NCBI GenBank assembly: GCA_042564205.1
Contig: JBHPLN010000001.1
Location: 13,626-77,625, forward strand
Direction: 5' to 3'
Origin: Fidelibacterota bacterium
Lineage (GTDB): Bacteria > Fidelibacterota > Marinisomatia > Marinisomatales > JAHJCW01
DNA length: 64,000 bases
Program-made: the position numbers and the translations under genes
The notes under the pieces: generated by a model
The model's input: the letters and a program-made list of their open reading frames with translations, nothing else
Told to the model about the DNA's origin: nothing
Database searches by the model: none
Shown here: one piece after another, positions 62,933-64,000 of the stretch
Numbering within the stretch: position 1 is the stretch's first letter
Layout: each line of letters begins with the position of its first letter

Positions 62933-64000
62933 ATGAAACAATTTAGAATGATTATAATTTTAATTCTAACATTCTCCATGATTCAATTCTCCTGTAGTAC
63001 CTCAACTAAATCAAAAGATGGTGGTTCAATCGAAGTTGGCGAACTCATTCTAAATCCGGCTGGTATTTTGGTAAACCAATTGACAGAAGTTATTATTAAT
63101 TTAATTGTCCCCGCAGAGGTGGAGATTCCGGAAGGTTCCTCTCGTATCGTCCAAGTGGATGCAAGCGGCGATGTTGTCGAAGAACTTGGTGTGTTATATG
63201 ATAATGGCGTACTCGCTAATGGTGATGAGATTGGCGGAGACAATATATTTAGCGCTATTATTAGTTTTTATGAAGCTACTCCGGGAGAAATTCTACTCCA
63301 GGTTGAAGTTGAGGGTCTGAGTAATTCTAATACAAAGACACTTGAAGTTTATACCGATCTCACACCTCAGGAATTTGATGAACTCACCGACACACAGAAT
63401 GCTGCTATCGATCAATTTGATGCAATATTGGCGGGTGATATTAATAATATAGAAAATGCCGTTTCGCAAACTGTGCAATGGTTGAATGCACGGCCAAATG
63501 TCACCACCGCCACCTACGATGGCAGCACTAGCATTCGCATTGAATATAGCTCTGGTTTGCATGGCGGATTGTTTATTTCCCTGGAAGATGACGATGGAAA
63601 ATTGACAACCAAAGGCGGTATTGAAATACAAGGTAAATCGAGGAAGGTAAAACAATTAATTCCTGTTTATAAACAAACTCGTGGTACGACCGACCTTAGC
63701 GTAGCCCAGATTAATGCCGTCGAGATTTTTGCAAATCTTGATCCAAAAATAATCGGTAATCGCAATGTTTTGATCTATGCTCCTTTTGAAAGTTATTTTG
63801 GTATTGATATGGCGCCAACCATAAAAACCATACTCAATTCCTCTGACTATGAATTCTCTATTACTCACCTCACCGATCAACAGGCTGACGTTGAAGCTTT
63901 CCGAAATTCACCTGCGTACGGATTGATCATTGTTGATTCGCATGGTTCAGGAGGGACAGAGATTGGAACCGGTGAGCAGGTGGATACCAACCTAGTTGCT
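62933..64000 (+). CDS. Lipoprotein, 5' part only (open to window end); possible caspase-fold (C25/clostripain-like) peptidase
   Basis: Not in the ORF track. I read 356 codons without a stop from ATG 62933 (RBS AGGAG). Lipobox QFSC, a GDEIGGDNIFS motif, and ..YGLIIVDSHGSGG.. resembling the His-Gly catalytic strand of caspase-fold proteases. The three minus-strand track ORFs here are antisense shadows. Confidence 0.7.
   Translation, partial: MKQFRMIIILILTFSMIQFSCSTSTKSKDGGSIEVGELILNPAGILVNQLTEVIINLIVPAEVEIPEGSSRIVQVDASGDVVEELGVLYDNGVLANGDEIGGDNIFSAIISFYEATPGEILLQVEVEGLSNSNTKTLEVYTDLTPQEFDELTDTQNAAIDQFDAILAGDINNIENAVSQTVQWLNARPNVTTATYDGSTSIRIEYSSGLHGGLFISLEDDDGKLTTKGGIEIQGKSRKVKQLIPVYKQTRGTTDLSVAQINAVEIFANLDPKIIGNRNVLIYAPFESYFGIDMAPTIKTILNSSDYEFSITHLTDQQADVEAFRNSPAYGLIIVDSHGSGGTEIGTGEQVDTNLVA

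Noticed and set aside
62983-63880. Three minus-strand ORFs (86, 120 and 74 aa) listed in the track
   Set aside because: They are antisense to a 356-codon uninterrupted plus-strand frame with an RBS, lipobox and protein-like composition.

Overview
Low-GC window from a Gram-negative-type genome: TonB-dependent receptors with CarboxypepD_reg N-termini, many lipobox proteins, strong AGGAGG-type RBSs. It splits into three sectors. (1) 1-19.5 kb is a divergently organised phytate/inositol utilisation locus. A minus-strand operon runs from an AraR-like GntR/LacI regulator through Zn-ADH, creatininase-family, TIM-barrel, ribose-type ABC transporter and two Gfo/Idh/MocA dehydrogenases to an OPA-family MFS. 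It faces a plus-strand set: TonB-dependent receptor, beta-propeller phytase, TRAP transporter, dehydrogenase and TIM-barrel. The shared intergenic region holds two copies of the palindrome TTGTATATACAA. (2) 19.5-42.8 kb is an accessory mosaic ending at tRNA-Val(CAC). It holds a tandem DUF4242 pair with duplicated upstream blocks, an orphan AbiEi-like gene behind a 34-bp perfect palindrome, and two sensor-kinase/response-regulator clusters. Its most striking feature is a family of about seven same-orientation 90-130-bp intergenic elements (E1-E7, 26.8-37.4 kb) that cut an 11-kb run of unrelated, mostly secreted-protein genes into cassette-like units. Next to the tRNA lie a tyrosine-recombinase C-terminal remnant fused to an 89-bp duplicate of a response-regulator gene start, and a second pair of 51-bp direct repeats. 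No intact recombinase, transposase, cas gene or CRISPR array is visible. (3) 42.9-64 kb is core housekeeping (lgt, fetAB-like, trmL, gpmA, dnaG, cvpA, yqeY, ychF) plus a visibly more GC-rich lexA-imuB-dnaE2-SRAP mutagenesis cassette and a second TonB-dependent receptor. All functional calls rest on motif-level reading of the translations. No database search was possible.
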